Counted from the stretch's first letter, positions 10,786 to 22,441 are shown. The stretch is 64,000 bases of DNA from Tubiluchus corallicola (GCA_030141605.1 JAQGDQ010002403.1:1-64000); one strand, 5' to 3'. Notes: generated by a model from the letters alone, not told the origin. Numbers and translations are program-made.

Positions 10786-12531
10786 ATGTATAGAACACAT
10801 ACTTGCGGAGAACTTAGGCAAAAAAACATAAATGAGCAGATAACTCTTGCGGGGTGGGTGCAAACAATTCGTAATTTTGGGGGGATGACCTTTATCGATG
10901 TTAGGGATAGGTATGGTGTTACTCAATTGTTTTTTGACGAGGAGACCAATCCAGAACTTTGCGAAGAGGCAAGAAAATGTAATCGCGAATATGTAATACA
11001 AGCTGTAGGAACAGTAAGGGAACGAAGCAATAAAAATTCTCATATTCCCACTGGGGATGTAGAAATGGTAGTAGAGAAACTTGTTGTATTAAGTGCTTCT
11101 GCATTGCCTCCTTTCACCATAGAAGAAGAAACGGACGGTGGCGAGGAGTTGCGTATGAAGTATCGCTATTTAGACCTTAGACGCTCACCCATTCAACAAA
11201 GTGTAATATTTAGACATAAAGTAGCCCAAGAGGTGAGAAATTATTTGGATAAAAATGATTTTTTAGAGATAGAAACGCCTACATTGATAAAATCTACACC
11301 CGAAGGAGCAAGGGATTTCATCGTTCCTTCTAGAATGAATGAACATCAGTTTTATGCTTTGCCTCAATCTCCACAAACGTTTAAGCAGTTGCTAATGGTA
11401 TCGGGTTTTGACCGTTATTTTCAGATAGTAAAATGTTACAGAGATGAAGACCTACGGGCTGACCGCCAGCCTGAATTTACACAAGTAGATTGCGAATTAG
11501 CTTTTGTAGAGCAGGAAGATGTATTAAATATTTTTGAAGGACTGACAAAGTATCTGCTGAAGCAGCTAAAAGGTTTTGAAATGAAAAATAACTTCCATAG
11601 AATGACCTACAAAGAGGCAATGGAAAGCTATGGAAATGACAAACCTGATATGCGCTTTGAAATGCTCATTAAAGATATAACGAAGGAAGCACAGAGTAAA
11701 GATTTTGCAGTGTTCAACAAAGCGGAGTATGTAGGGGGTATATGTGCAAAGGGGTGTGCAAACTATACAAGAAAAAAATTGGATGCTCTGACTGATTTTG
11801 TAAGACAACCTCAGATAGAAGCTAAGGGTTTGGTATATGTAAAATACAATGAAGATGGTTCGCTAAAATCATCAGTAGATAAGTTTTTTACGCAAGATGA
11901 CTTGATAACTTGGGCTAATAAAATGGGGGCTGCAAAGGGCGATTTGCTACTTGTGTTGGCAGGCGATAAAACTACAACGCTCAATGCTTTGGGTGAGCTA
12001 CGTTTGGAGATGGGTACAAGGCTAAACTTACAAAACAAAGAGGTATTCGTTCCCTTATGGGTAACGGATTTCCCTTTGCTGGAGTGGGACGAGGAAACAC
12101 AAAGGTACTATGCCAAGCACCACCCTTTTACTTCGCCTAAAAAAGAAGATATATCTTTGCTGGAAAGTGAACCTAATAAAATGCGGGCTAATGCCTATGA
12201 CTTGGTAATTAATGGTGTGGAGATTGGTGGAGGCTCTATCCGTATTCACGATAGAGAATTACAAAGTAAGGTGTTTCATCTATTAGACTTTACAAAAGAG
12301 GAAGCAAAGAAACAATTTGGTTTCTTGATGGATGCTTTTAAATATGGGGCGCCACCTCACGGGGGTATTGCTTTGGGATTTGATAGGTTGGTGGCTATGC
12401 TATGGGGAACAGAATCTATTAGAGATGTGATAGCATTTCCAAAAAATAATGCAGGACGTGATGTGATGATTGATGCTCCATCTAAAATAAATAAAGAACA
12501 ATTGAAAGAGTTAAATATTAAATTGAATTAA
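10786..12531 (+). CDS. aspS: Aspartate--tRNA ligase
   Basis: [45 protein letters not shown]; TACCTTTG box at 10752-10759. Confidence 0.98.
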   Translation: MYRTHTCGELRQKNINEQITLAGWVQTIRNFGGMTFIDVRDRYGVTQLFFDEETNPELCEEARKCNREYVIQAVGTVRERSNKNSHIPTGDVEMVVEKLVVLSASALPPFTIEEETDGGEELRMKYRYLDLRRSPIQQSVIFRHKVAQEVRNYLDKNDFLEIETPTLIKSTPEGARDFIVPSRMNEHQFYALPQSPQTFKQLLMVSGFDRYFQIVKCYRDEDLRADRQPEFTQVDCELAFVEQEDVLNIFEGLTKYLLKQLKGFEMKNNFHRMTYKEAMESYGNDKPDMRFEMLIKDITKEAQSKDFAVFNKAEYVGGICAKGCANYTRKKLDALTDFVRQPQIEAKGLVYVKYNEDGSLKSSVDKFFTQDDLITWANKMGAAKGDLLLVLAGDKTTTLNALGELRLEMGTRLNLQNKEVFVPLWVTDFPLLEWDEETQRYYAKHHPFTSPKKEDISLLESEPNKMRANAYDLVINGVEIGGGSIRIHDRELQSKVFHLLDFTKEEAKKQFGFLMDAFKYGAPPHGGIALGFDRLVAMLWGTESIRDVIAFPKNNAGRDVMIDAPSKINKEQLKELNIKLN

Positions 12532-12557
12532 AATACATTACTTTAAAACTTTATAAA

Positions 12558-14111
12558 ATGAGAGAAAATTTCAAATCAGATCTTTTAGCAGGTATAGTTG
12601 TATTTTTAGTCGCTGTTCCTTTGTGCTTAGGTATTGCCTTTGCTTCAGGGGCTGATCCTATAACGGGCTTACTATCAGGTATCATAGGTGGTAGTATTGC
12701 ATTGGTGAGTAGGTCAGCTTTGGGGGTTTCGGGTCCTGCTGCAGGCTTAGTTGTTATTGTTCTTACCGCTATTCAAACTTTGGGTTTTGAGAAGTTTTTG
12801 CTTGCATTGGTTTTGGCAGGAGTTATACAGGTTGTTTTGGGTTTCGTGCGAGCAGGCTTAATTGCTTATTTCTTTCCTACATCTGTTATTACGGGAATGT
12901 TGTCGGGCATTGGGCTTATTCTTATACTAAAACAGTTTGCACATTTAGTAGGTTACGATGCTGATTTCGAAGGAGATGTGAGTTTTATGCAACCAGATGG
13001 CCATAATACCTTTTCTGAAATATTTTATGCTTTACAAAATATACATATTGGAGCGTTTATTGTTGGTGTAGGATGTTTGGGTATTTTAATTTTATGGGAT
13101 AGTAAGATATTGCAACGGTTTTCCTTTACAAAGATAATACAGGGACCTATCGTTGTTGTATTAGTAGGCATATTTTTGAATGAGATATTTAAAATTGTAT
13201 CGCCATCTATTGCAATACATAGTATAACTCATATGGTAAATGTACCAATTATCTGGGAATTGGAGGGAGGTGCTTTATCTTTTTTGAGATTTCCTGATTT
13301 TTCAAACTTTTTTAATATGGACATTTATATTACAGCCTTTACATTGGCTATGGTAGCAAGTATTGAAACACTGTTGTGTGTGGAAGCAACAGACAAGTTA
13401 GACCCATTAAAAAGGAATACGCCAGCCAACTTAGAATTGAAGGCACAGGGAATAGGAAACATTGTAGCTGGGTTGATTGGTGCTTTGCCTATTACTCAAG
13501 TGATTGTAAGAAGCTCTACCAACTTGAGTGCTGGAGCAAAGTCAAAGTGGTCTGCTTTTTATCATGGAATTCTTATTTTAACAAGTATTGTGTTGTTCCC
13601 TGCTATTCTAAATAAAATACCTCTGTCTGCTTTGGCTGCAATATTAATTATGGTGGGGTATAAGTTGACAAAGATTTCTATTTTTAGGAGAATGTATAAG
13701 TTAGGAATTAAGGATTTTGCTCCTTTTATAGTTACGGTAACCGCTATTTTGCTGACAGATTTATTGAAAGGAGTTTTGATAGGTACAGCTGTTTCTATTA
13801 TGTTTATTTTAGATTATCACCTTAGAAGGTCAGGGTTTTCTTTTAAAAGAAAATTGGAAAAGGATGGTAAACCTACTTTTGTTATTATCCTGCCTGAACA
13901 CGTGGGTTTTCTAAATAAAGCAAGACTTAGAAGAATACTTTCGCGAACAGTTTTAGAAAATTCACAAGTGCTTATTGATGCCTCTAAAACAATGACTGTA
14001 GATACTGATATTTTAGAAGTAATACACGATTTTAAGTCCGTTTGTGGAGAAAAAAACATAAAATTGAACATAAAAGGAGAATTAAAGAATAATAAATTGC
14101 TGGTTGATTAA
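12558..14111 (+). CDS. SulP/SLC26 family anion (bicarbonate/sulfate) transporter
   Basis: AVPLCLGIA, VSGPAAGL, NLELKAQGIGN, VIVRSS; STAS-like C-terminus. Confidence 0.92.
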   Translation: MRENFKSDLLAGIVVFLVAVPLCLGIAFASGADPITGLLSGIIGGSIALVSRSALGVSGPAAGLVVIVLTAIQTLGFEKFLLALVLAGVIQVVLGFVRAGLIAYFFPTSVITGMLSGIGLILILKQFAHLVGYDADFEGDVSFMQPDGHNTFSEIFYALQNIHIGAFIVGVGCLGILILWDSKILQRFSFTKIIQGPIVVVLVGIFLNEIFKIVSPSIAIHSITHMVNVPIIWELEGGALSFLRFPDFSNFFNMDIYITAFTLAMVASIETLLCVEATDKLDPLKRNTPANLELKAQGIGNIVAGLIGALPITQVIVRSSTNLSAGAKSKWSAFYHGILILTSIVLFPAILNKIPLSALAAILIMVGYKLTKISIFRRMYKLGIKDFAPFIVTVTAILLTDLLKGVLIGTAVSIMFILDYHLRRSGFSFKRKLEKDGKPTFVIILPEHVGFLNKARLRRILSRTVLENSQVLIDASKTMTVDTDILEVIHDFKSVCGEKNIKLNIKGELKNNKLLVD

Positions 14112-14187
14112 CTAAGACTAAGGAAATTAATATTTTTTGTCCCGTTTTGTTTTAGTGGTTATATGCCCTACAATTAAGAACAGTAGG

Positions 14188-14865
14188 CTATATTAAATAG
14201 GGAACAGTTCTATATTTCACTTTTTCCATATACTCTTTATATCCGCTTAATTCTTTGGCGAGTTTTCTCTCTTCAAAGATGGCTCTTATATGGAGAATTA
14301 GAATGCATATAATAGCAACAACTATACCGTATAATGAACCTAACAATATTGGTGCACTTATAGACATTAGCGAAAAGGCAGCATACATCGGATGCCTTAT
14401 ATAAGCATAAATACCTGTAGATACTACTTTGTGTCCTTTTTGTTTTCTTACCGATGGTGTTAAATACGAGTTCTCCTTAAAAACAAAATAGAATAAAACA
14501 TCTGCAATTAAGAATCCTATTATTCCAGCTACTTTGAACCAGTAAGGAAATTGAGGACTCCAGCCAAAACGTTGAACATCCAAAGGCATAATAAAAAACC
14601 ACAAGTAATAAAATACGGCAATCAACAATATAAATATTTTATCCACAAGGCTTTGTCCTTTCTGAAAAGGAGATTCATACCTCTTTTTAAGTAACTCTAC
14701 ATTTTGTGTAAGTGGAATGAGCGAGGCTACAAACATTCCCATAAAAAGTATTATGAATATCCAACCTTCTACCCAAGCCCAATTACCCCCTAATCCGAAC
14801 ATACAACCAATAAGAAATATTGGATAGAAAATCATCCATAAGATTGTTTTTGTCCAAATATTCAC
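14188..14865 (-). CDS. Isoprenylcysteine carboxyl methyltransferase (ICMT/PEMT) family membrane protein
   Basis: Multiple TMs, GIYAYIRHPMY, EERKL..L.GY.EY..KV.YR. Confidence 0.85.
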   Translation of the reverse strand: MNIWTKTILWMIFYPIFLIGCMFGLGGNWAWVEGWIFIILFMGMFVASLIPLTQNVELLKKRYESPFQKGQSLVDKIFILLIAVFYYLWFFIMPLDVQRFGWSPQFPYWFKVAGIIGFLIADVLFYFVFKENSYLTPSVRKQKGHKVVSTGIYAYIRHPMYAAFSLMSISAPILLGSLYGIVVAIICILILHIRAIFEERKLAKELSGYKEYMEKVKYRTVPYLI

Positions 14866-14896
14866 AGCGATACAAGTTTTAGGTTTACTTTATTTC

Positions 14897-14924
14897 ATAA
14901 GAGATGCAAGTTTGCATCTCTTAT
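14897..14924. terminator. Perfect palindrome, probable yidC terminator
   Basis: ATAAGAGATGCAA-GT-TTGCATCTCTTAT. Confidence 0.6.
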
Positions 14925-15002
14925 ATTATTTTAATCTACACCCTTGGCTAACACTTAGAATAAGAGTAGCCGTAGTCTGTACTGATAGTTTCCGATTTCA
15001 AT

Positions 15003-16877
15003 TTATTTTCTATATCCTTTTTGCTTAGCCATTTTTTCCAAACGTTCTTGGAACTTAGATTTTTTCGCAGGTTTCTTTTTGTTGGCTTGCAACTTAGCAA
15101 GAATTTTCTTTTCATCTACCATACGACGTATAACAAGTGTTTGAGCAATAGTTATCAGAGTAGAAACGAAATAATAATAACTCAGCCCTGACGCATAATT
15201 GTTGAAGAAAAATAAGAACATAACAGGCATCATATACATCATAGTATTCATACCCGGCATTGTTTGTGTACTACTTGCCATACTTTGGTTCATCTTAGTA
15301 TATACAATGTTAGTAATAGCCATTAGTAAACAGAAAAGACTTACGTGGTCGCCATAAAAAGGAATGCTGAAAGGTAAATCCAATATAGAATCATAAGACG
15401 ACAAATCATCAGCCCACAGGAAACCTTTTTGTCTCAACTCAATAGAAGCAGGAAAAAATCTGAACATTGCAAAAAGTATAGGCATTTGGAGCAACATAGG
15501 CAAGCATCCACCCATAGGATTTACCCCTGCTTTTTTATAGAGTTTCATTGTGGCTTGCTGCTTTTCCATTGCCTTTTCCTTAGGATATTTTTTTGTCAGC
15601 TCATCTACTTCTGGTTTCAACACCTTCATTTTGGCAGTGGAGAGATACGATTTATAGGTCAAGGGAAATAGCACCACTTTGATAATGATAGTAAGAATAA
15701 GGATAATAAGTCCATAACTTACGATGAAACCTTCTAAGAAGTTGAACACAGGTATCACAAGATAGCGATTTATCCAACCAAATATACCCCACCCAAGCGG
15801 TATAAGTTTCTCAAGCCCTAACTTGTCTTGTGCTTTTAGCACTTTGTATTTATTAGGACCAAAGTAAAACTTTAAATTATTGATTTCTTTGCTATTGCCA
15901 TTATAAGGCAGGCTCATTGTAGCATCAAAGCTTTTGAGAAGTTTTGTATCATCTTTTATTTTTTCTGACTTAATGTTAACATTTGCAAAAGATTTATCCG
16001 CTACAAGAATCATAGAAAAGAAATGTTGCTTAAAGGCCACCCACTTTAAGGGAGTGCTAAGTGTTTTTTCATCAAAATCCTTACTTGGTGACAACTCATC
16101 TACTTCATCATCTTTATACTTATAAAAAATACTTGTATATGTATCTTCAAAATCAGTTCCTTTTTCCTGCGAAGGCGATTTTATTGCCCATACAAAATCC
16201 ACATATTGACTATTGTGAGATATAACATCGTTCATATTGTTGGCTATGATATCAAACCCCAACATATAGCTGTCAGACTGTAAGGTGTATGTATAATCTA
16301 TGTATCGTATAGAATCTATTCGCAAACGCATAGTAAGAGACATTGCATCAGCAGAATTGTTTTCTATGGCTTGAAAAAATAAATTTTGAGTATTGACACT
16401 TCTATTATCAGAAGAAAAGAAATTGAGTTGAAACTTACTACCTTCGCCATCGAAAAGAATAAGGGGCGAACCATCGTATCGTTTGAAATCTTTCAACTCT
16501 ACTGAATAAATTCTCCCTCCTTGTGTAGATATTCTTACCTTTATTAATTCGTTTTCAATGGTATGAAACTCTTCTTGTCCTTCGGCTGCATTGGCAAACA
16601 CACCATATTGATTCTGTAAGGCTACAACATTTTGTGTTTTTGCTTTTTGTAGTGGAGGAGTAGTATTAGATAATAGTGGTTGGCTTTGTTTATTTACTAC
16701 AGTATCTACTGTCAATGGTTGTTGTTCTGCTTGTTGTTGTTGCAATTCAATCAACCTCAACGAATCTTGTTCCCGTTTTTGTGCTTCTATTTCTTCCTGA
16801 GAAGGCTTGGTAAAATACATATATCCCATTATAATGGCAAAGATGAGTAGTAAGCCCGTAACAGTATTTTTATCCAT
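15003..16877 (-). CDS. yidC: Membrane protein insertase YidC
   Basis: N-terminal TM, periplasmic domain, VNPMGGCLPMLLQMP, FLWADDLS. Confidence 0.97.
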   Translation of the reverse strand: MDKNTVTGLLLIFAIIMGYMYFTKPSQEEIEAQKREQDSLRLIELQQQQAEQQPLTVDTVVNKQSQPLLSNTTPPLQKAKTQNVVALQNQYGVFANAAEGQEEFHTIENELIKVRISTQGGRIYSVELKDFKRYDGSPLILFDGEGSKFQLNFFSSDNRSVNTQNLFFQAIENNSADAMSLTMRLRIDSIRYIDYTYTLQSDSYMLGFDIIANNMNDVISHNSQYVDFVWAIKSPSQEKGTDFEDTYTSIFYKYKDDEVDELSPSKDFDEKTLSTPLKWVAFKQHFFSMILVADKSFANVNIKSEKIKDDTKLLKSFDATMSLPYNGNSKEINNLKFYFGPNKYKVLKAQDKLGLEKLIPLGWGIFGWINRYLVIPVFNFLEGFIVSYGLIILILTIIIKVVLFPLTYKSYLSTAKMKVLKPEVDELTKKYPKEKAMEKQQATMKLYKKAGVNPMGGCLPMLLQMPILFAMFRFFPASIELRQKGFLWADDLSSYDSILDLPFSIPFYGDHVSLFCLLMAITNIVYTKMNQSMASSTQTMPGMNTMMYMMPVMFLFFFNNYASGLSYYYFVSTLITIAQTLVIRRMVDEKKILAKLQANKKKPAKKSKFQERLEKMAKQKGYRK

Positions 16878-16910
16878 TTTTTAGTATTTTGTGTTTGATG
16901 TTATTATATT

Positions 16911-18515
16911 TTAATTATTGATGGCAGCCTCTACAAAACTCACAAAGAGAGGATGTGGGCTGACTACTGTGCTTTTATACTCAGGATGGAATTGCACTCC
17001 TACAAACCATTTGTGAGTAGGTATTTCTACTATTTCAGTCAAATGCGTTTTAGGATTAGTGCCAGTTACTACCATTCCTGCTTTTCGAAAATCTTGTAAG
17101 TATTTATCGTTAAACTCGTATCGGTGGCGGTGGCGTTCTTTTACAGTGTCTTGTTGATAGGCTTTGTGTACTGTGCTGTCTTTTTTCAGCTTACAACTAT
17201 AAGCCCCCAGTCTCATAGTCCCTCCTTTGTTGGCAACTCTTTTTTGCTCTTCCATAATATCTATAACTGGTGTAGGCGAAGTTTCATTTATCTCGCGAGA
17301 GTTTGCATCTTTCCAATTCAACACGTTACGAGCAAATTCTATCACTGCTACTTGCATTCCTAAACAAATGCCTAAAAATGGAATGTTGTTTTCTCTTGCA
17401 AATCGCGTAGCTTCCAACTTTCCATCGATGCCTCTTTCTCCAAATCCCGGAGCTACTAATATTCCTGACAAATCTTTCAACTTTTCCCTTGCATTCTCCA
17501 AATTAATATCCTCAGAATGCATCCACTTTATATTTATCTTACATTGTTTAGTTGCTCCCGCGTGGATAAGGGCTTCCGAAATTGACTTATAGGCATCGTG
17601 CAGTTCTATATATTTACCAACTAAGCCAATATTTACTTCTGTCTTAGGGTTTTTAAAATGATTTAAGAAATTGCGCCAAGGTTTTAGTTGGGGGTTTTCT
17701 TTAGTTTCAAGTTGTAATTTATTAAGAACTATCTCGTCCAGTTTTTCTTCCAGCATCTTGATAGGTACTTCATATATTGTGGATACATCTACTGACTGTA
17801 TCACTGCATCTACCTCTACATTACAGAAAAGGGCCACTTTTTTTCTTATATCTTTAGAGATATTGTGTTCTGTTCGCAGCACAAGAATATCAGGTTGAAT
17901 ACCCTCTTCCAAAAGCGTTTTTACAGAGTGTTGTGTAGGTTTAGTTTTTAGTTCGCCAGTAGCCGACAAATAAGGAACAAGTGTGAGATGAATGAAAATA
18001 GCTGATTTGCCCATTTCCCATTTTAATTGTCGTACTGCCTCTATATAAGGAAGCGACTCTATGTCGCCCACTGTTCCACCTATTTCAGTGATGATTATAT
18101 CATACCTATCGGTAGCTCCCAGCAGTTTGATATGCCTTTTTATTTCATCAGTAATATGTGGAATAATCTGCACCGTTTTACCCAAATAATCACCTTTGCG
18201 TTCTTTGCTTATCACGTGTTGATACACTCTACCTGTAGTAACATTGTTTGCCTGCGAAGTAGGAATATTAAGAAACCTCTCATAATGTCCAAGATCCAAA
18301 TCAGTTTCAGCACCATCCTCTGTTACATAACACTCACCATGTTCGTAAGGATTAAGCGTACCCGGATCTACATTGAGGTAAGGATCTAATTTTTGAATGG
18401 TTACAGAATAGCCTCGTGCCTGTAACAGCTTGCCTAATGAAGCTGATAATATACCTTTGCCTAACGAAGAAGCTACACCCCCTGTAACGAATATGTACTT
18501 TGTTTTTTTACTCAT
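16911..18515 (-). CDS. pyrG: CTP synthase
   Basis: TGGVASSLGKG, DLDLGHYERF, GICLGMQ, QFHPE; TATATTTG box at 18660-18653. Confidence 0.98.
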   Translation of the reverse strand: MSKKTKYIFVTGGVASSLGKGILSASLGKLLQARGYSVTIQKLDPYLNVDPGTLNPYEHGECYVTEDGAETDLDLGHYERFLNIPTSQANNVTTGRVYQHVISKERKGDYLGKTVQIIPHITDEIKRHIKLLGATDRYDIIITEIGGTVGDIESLPYIEAVRQLKWEMGKSAIFIHLTLVPYLSATGELKTKPTQHSVKTLLEEGIQPDILVLRTEHNISKDIRKKVALFCNVEVDAVIQSVDVSTIYEVPIKMLEEKLDEIVLNKLQLETKENPQLKPWRNFLNHFKNPKTEVNIGLVGKYIELHDAYKSISEALIHAGATKQCKINIKWMHSEDINLENAREKLKDLSGILVAPGFGERGIDGKLEATRFARENNIPFLGICLGMQVAVIEFARNVLNWKDANSREINETSPTPVIDIMEEQKRVANKGGTMRLGAYSCKLKKDSTVHKAYQQDTVKERHRHRYEFNDKYLQDFRKAGMVVTGTNPKTHLTEIVEIPTHKWFVGVQFHPEYKSTVVSPHPLFVSFVEAAINN

Positions 18516-18696
18516 TGTATTGACTACTAAATAACGTTGGTGCTATATTTTCCTTATTTTTTGTTTTTATAAAATCAAGGCGATATTTGTTTTTAATTTT
18601 ACCATCGTTATTGATGCGGTCTAAAATCATCTTTAACTGTTCTGACAGGCAGCAAATATAGAAAAAAATAACAAATACGTTATTTTGCTATGTACA

Positions 18697-20328
18697 TTAC
18701 CTAAAGGAATTTTTTATTAGTTTCTTTTTTCGTTTTCTTTTTGCGAGTTCCACATTTACCCTACGCCCATTAAAATTAGCCTGCCTAAATTTTGGAGGGA
18801 TGTTTGTTGGGGTAGTAGAATCTACTTCAAAAAATGAAAAAGCATGTAGTATATCTATTTTTCCTATGCTTATATTTCCAAGATGATGATTTAAAAGAGT
18901 TAGCAAGGTTTTAGAATTTATCTCATCCTTTAAACCTATATTGATAAAAAATCGGGAATAAAACTTCCTTGATTTGCTCCTTCTTTCACTTTTCTCTCTG
19001 CTCGTAATATTAATGTCGGGTGCATTCTTATAGTAAGACAAAAAGCGATTAAACTCTGCTGATACAAAGTGTTTGATAAGGTCTTCGCGACTTAGCCATT
19101 CCAGTTTTTTATGTATTACAGGCAGATATTTGTCTATCTGCGAATTGTCTACTTCTACCTTTTCTATCTTGTCTATAAGGTTAAATAGCTGCTTTTCACA
19201 TATTTCTTTTCCTAATGGTATTTTGGCTTGTTCAAACTTTTTGCCTATTATTTTTTCTGTCATTCGTATTTTACCCATCTCACGGGTGTGGGCAATAGCA
19301 ATAGAAGTTCCTTTTTTACCGGCTCTTCCTGTCCTTCCACTACGATGAACATAGACTTCTGTTTCATCAGGCAGGTTGTAATTGATAACGTGTGTAAGAT
19401 CATTCACATCTAAACCACGTGCTGCCACATCAGTAGCTACAAGTAGTTGTAAATGTCGGCTTCTGAAACGTTTCATTACGTAGTCGCGCTGTGCTTGCGA
19501 TAGGTCTCCGTGCAAGGCATCTGCATTATAGCCATCTTGCATCAATTTATCTGCTACATCTTTGGTCTCGTGTCGAGTACGACAAAAAACAATACCGTAA
19601 ATATTGGGGTGAATGTCAGCGATACGTTTTAGGGCTATATACCTATGTTTAGCTTGCACCATATAGTAAATATGATTTACATCTTCTGACCCTTTGTTCT
19701 TCCGACCTATGGCTATTTCTGCAGGACTACTCATATATTTCTTGCTGATTTTAGCCACTTCTTGGGGCATAGTAGCAGAGAATAACAGTGTTTGTTTGCT
19801 CTCTGGCGAGGTTTCAAGTATAGCGTCCAAATCATCCGTAAAACCCATAGAAAGCATTTCATCAGCCTCGTCCAATACTAACCATTGTATATTCGAAACT
19901 ACTAATTTCCCTCTTTTTATTAGGTCTAAGGTTCGTCCTGGTGTACCAACTACTATGTGCGAACCTTTTGCTAAGGCTTTTATCTGTGGTTCAATGCTTG
20001 CACCACCATATATAGAGGTTACACAAAAGCCCTTTAAATGCTTTGAATAGTTTCCAATATCCTTACTTATCTGCACACACAGCTCACGTGTAGGGCAGAG
20101 TATGAGTGCTTGCACTTTTTTTGATTGCACATCTATATGATGTAACAAAGGTAGGCCAAAGGCAGCTGTTTTTCCCGTTCCTGTTTGAGCTAAGGTAATT
20201 AAGTCTTTTTTAGAGTCCATTATATGGGCAATGGCTTTTTCCTGTACTGGTGTAGGGGTTTCAAAGCCCAAGCTATCTATCGCTTTTATTATTTCTGGTT
20301 TTAGTCCTGTTTCTTCAAATGTAGCCAT
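18697..20328 (-). CDS. DEAD-box RNA helicase (DeaD/CshA-like, DbpA-type RNA-binding C-terminus)
   Basis: AQTGTGKT, PTREL, DEAD, SAT, HRSGRTGR. Confidence 0.95.
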   Translation of the reverse strand: MATFEETGLKPEIIKAIDSLGFETPTPVQEKAIAHIMDSKKDLITLAQTGTGKTAAFGLPLLHHIDVQSKKVQALILCPTRELCVQISKDIGNYSKHLKGFCVTSIYGGASIEPQIKALAKGSHIVVGTPGRTLDLIKRGKLVVSNIQWLVLDEADEMLSMGFTDDLDAILETSPESKQTLLFSATMPQEVAKISKKYMSSPAEIAIGRKNKGSEDVNHIYYMVQAKHRYIALKRIADIHPNIYGIVFCRTRHETKDVADKLMQDGYNADALHGDLSQAQRDYVMKRFRSRHLQLLVATDVAARGLDVNDLTHVINYNLPDETEVYVHRSGRTGRAGKKGTSIAIAHTREMGKIRMTEKIIGKKFEQAKIPLGKEICEKQLFNLIDKIEKVEVDNSQIDKYLPVIHKKLEWLSREDLIKHFVSAEFNRFLSYYKNAPDINITSREKSERRSKSRKFYSRFFINIGLKDEINSKTLLTLLNHHLGNISIGKIDILHAFSFFEVDSTTPTNIPPKFRQANFNGRRVNVELAKRKRKKKLIKNSFR

Positions 20329-20521
20329 AATAATTATTTATTAAACTATTGTCTTCATAAAGCATATAATAAAACCCATCAACCAAATTAAAATTAATAA
20401 AAATAAATGCGGTAAGGGAATTGCAAATAAAAGAATAGTTGTTTATTGTTTCCTAATATACTGCAAAAATAGTGAATATTTATCAATATTGCTTGAAAAC
20501 AGATAAAAAGTATAAAGTTTT

Positions 20522-20550
20522 TGTAACCTAATGGGCTGTTACTGTGTCTA
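20522..20550 (+). promoter_or_regulatory. Putative ECF-sigma promoter (TGTAAC-N17-TGTCTA)
   Basis: AAC -35 and GTC -10 with typical ECF spacing, upstream of an operon that contains an ECF sigma. Confidence 0.55.
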
Positions 20551-20604
20551 AACAAATAGAGAGTAACATTTTTTAAATATTTAACCTATAAAACATATAA
20601 TACA

Positions 20605-20967
20605 ATGAATGTTAATATACAAGGTATTTTAGGAGCATCAGTGCCATTTGGTTTTTTTGCAATGGTAATATTATCACTGTATTTTTACTTTAGAGCAAAA
20701 ACAAAAGAGCGAACAGCGTTAATTGAAAAACTGGGAGAAGGTGTAGATGTATCTTTTCTACAAAATAAAAAAGATCCTAATGCTTTTCTAAGAAAAGGAG
20801 TGTTTCTTGTAAGCATAGGGCTAGGAGTATTGGCAGGCTATTTTCTGTCCTTTCTTATAGAGGAAGAAAAAGAATTTGCAGCCTATTTTTCAATGATTGC
20901 ATTATTTGCAGGCAGCGGTTTAGTAGCAAGTCGCTTTATTGTTCAAAAACTATCTAAAAAAGAATAG
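20605..20967 (+). CDS. DUF6249-like small membrane protein
   Basis: Three TMs, R.KER.ALIEK, LRKG..LV.IGLG; typical ECF-associated Bacteroidota protein. Confidence 0.7.
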   Translation: MNVNIQGILGASVPFGFFAMVILSLYFYFRAKTKERTALIEKLGEGVDVSFLQNKKDPNAFLRKGVFLVSIGLGVLAGYFLSFLIEEEKEFAAYFSMIALFAGSGLVASRFIVQKLSKKE

Positions 20968-21043
20968 TAAATGGAAATTAAATGACTAAATTGCAAATGT
21001 GTATTTTTTAATAAAAAGTTTAACCATTAAAATTTCAATAATT

Positions 21044-21817
21044 ATGAAACTAAAAAATAAATTTTTCGCTTTTTTATTTTTCTTATTTACTTGTGTAAGT
21101 ATCTATGCTACTACGAGTAACTCAGAAAAAGAATTTGAACTCAACGCATTTTCCAAAATAGAGGCAAGTGGTGGATACGAAATTATACTTGTACAAGGAG
21201 ATAGGCACTATGTGAAAATATCAGGAAATGAGAAGTTGTTAGAAGCGACAAACATAAGTGTAAGCAATGGGAAATTAATAATAAAAAGGAAGAAGAATAG
21301 TGATAAACTGTTTAAGAAAAATAAAAATAATATTGAAATATATGTAGAGTTTAAGGATATTGACAATATATCTGCATCTGGGGCAGTAAATTTAACTGCC
21401 GACAAGGAACTAACAGCAAATGACCTAAAAGTAAAAACAAGTGGGGCATCAAAAATTAATTTTGTAAAAATAACTGCCAACGATATTGCTGTAGATTGTA
21501 GTGGAGCATCAAATATGAAACTTGATGTTTATGCAAACTCTATAAAGTCAAAAACATCAGGAGCATCAAAAATAGAACTTACAGGAGAAGTACAAAATCA
21601 AAGCATAAATTTATCTGGTGCTAGTCACTATAAAGCTATGGATTTGGTCGGGCAGACTGCTCAAATAAACGTATCAGGAACAAGTAATATAGAATTAAAT
21701 ATAGAACAGGAGATAGATGTTAAAATCAGTGGTACAAGCGACCTGAAATACAAAGGCAATGCCTCCATTGCTAATATTCAAAGTTCAGGTACCTCATCAA
21801 TAAAAAAAATTGAATAA
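21044..21817 (+). CDS. Head GIN domain (DUF2807) beta-helix exported protein
   Basis: Signal peptide and repeated SGAS/SGTS units; start moved from 20999 to MKLKNK. Confidence 0.85.
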   Translation: MKLKNKFFAFLFFLFTCVSIYATTSNSEKEFELNAFSKIEASGGYEIILVQGDRHYVKISGNEKLLEATNISVSNGKLIIKRKKNSDKLFKKNKNNIEIYVEFKDIDNISASGAVNLTADKELTANDLKVKTSGASKINFVKITANDIAVDCSGASNMKLDVYANSIKSKTSGASKIELTGEVQNQSINLSGASHYKAMDLVGQTAQINVSGTSNIELNIEQEIDVKISGTSDLKYKGNASIANIQSSGTSSIKKIE

Positions 21818-21880
21818 AAAGGATTGTTAATGTTAAAGAATTAAAAATGGGTAATTACTCATCTTTAATTAAGAAAATTT

Positions 21881-22441
21881 ATGGACGAAACATACCTTCG
21901 CAAAGTAAAAGAAGGTGATACAAATGCTTTTAAATACTTTGTGGATAAATATAAAGATATGGCGTTCTCTATTGCAGTTAGCATAGTAAAAGACAAAGAA
22001 ACAGCAGAAGAAGCAGTACAGGACGCCTTTATGAAAGTATACAAGAATTTAAGCAAGTTTCAAAAAAAGTCTAAATTTTCTACTTGGTTGTACAAAATAG
22101 TAGTGAATGAGGCATTACGAGCTATTGGCAAAAAAAAATTACAACAAGTAAATATAGATAGCAGGGAGGTAGACTTAGATATTTCAGTAATAAACAACTC
22201 TATCTCAATGTTAAAAGAAGAGGAACAGAGAAAACACATCAACGAGGTTTTACTGAAATTACCCACCAATGAGAGCCTGCTACTTCGTTTATACTACTTA
22301 GAAGAAAAAAACATTGATGAAATAAAAGAAATTACAAGTCTTAAAAATTCAAATATTAAAGTAACTTTGCATAGAGCAAGAAAAAACTTTTATCATCAGC
22401 TGGCAAAAGTATTGAAACACGAAATGGAATATCTGCTATGA
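21881..22441 (+). CDS. ECF RNA polymerase sigma factor
   Basis: AEEAVQDAF, SKFSTWLYKI, NIKVTLHRARK. Confidence 0.93.
   Translation: MDETYLRKVKEGDTNAFKYFVDKYKDMAFSIAVSIVKDKETAEEAVQDAFMKVYKNLSKFQKKSKFSTWLYKIVVNEALRAIGKKKLQQVNIDSREVDLDISVINNSISMLKEEEQRKHINEVLLKLPTNESLLLRLYYLEEKNIDEIKEITSLKNSNIKVTLHRARKNFYHQLAKVLKHEMEYLL

Noticed and set aside
18544-18630. 28-aa ORF in the pyrG leader (MILDRINNDGKIKNKYRLDFIKTKIRKI)
   Set aside because: No attenuator structure or informative codon bias seen; expected by chance in AT-rich DNA
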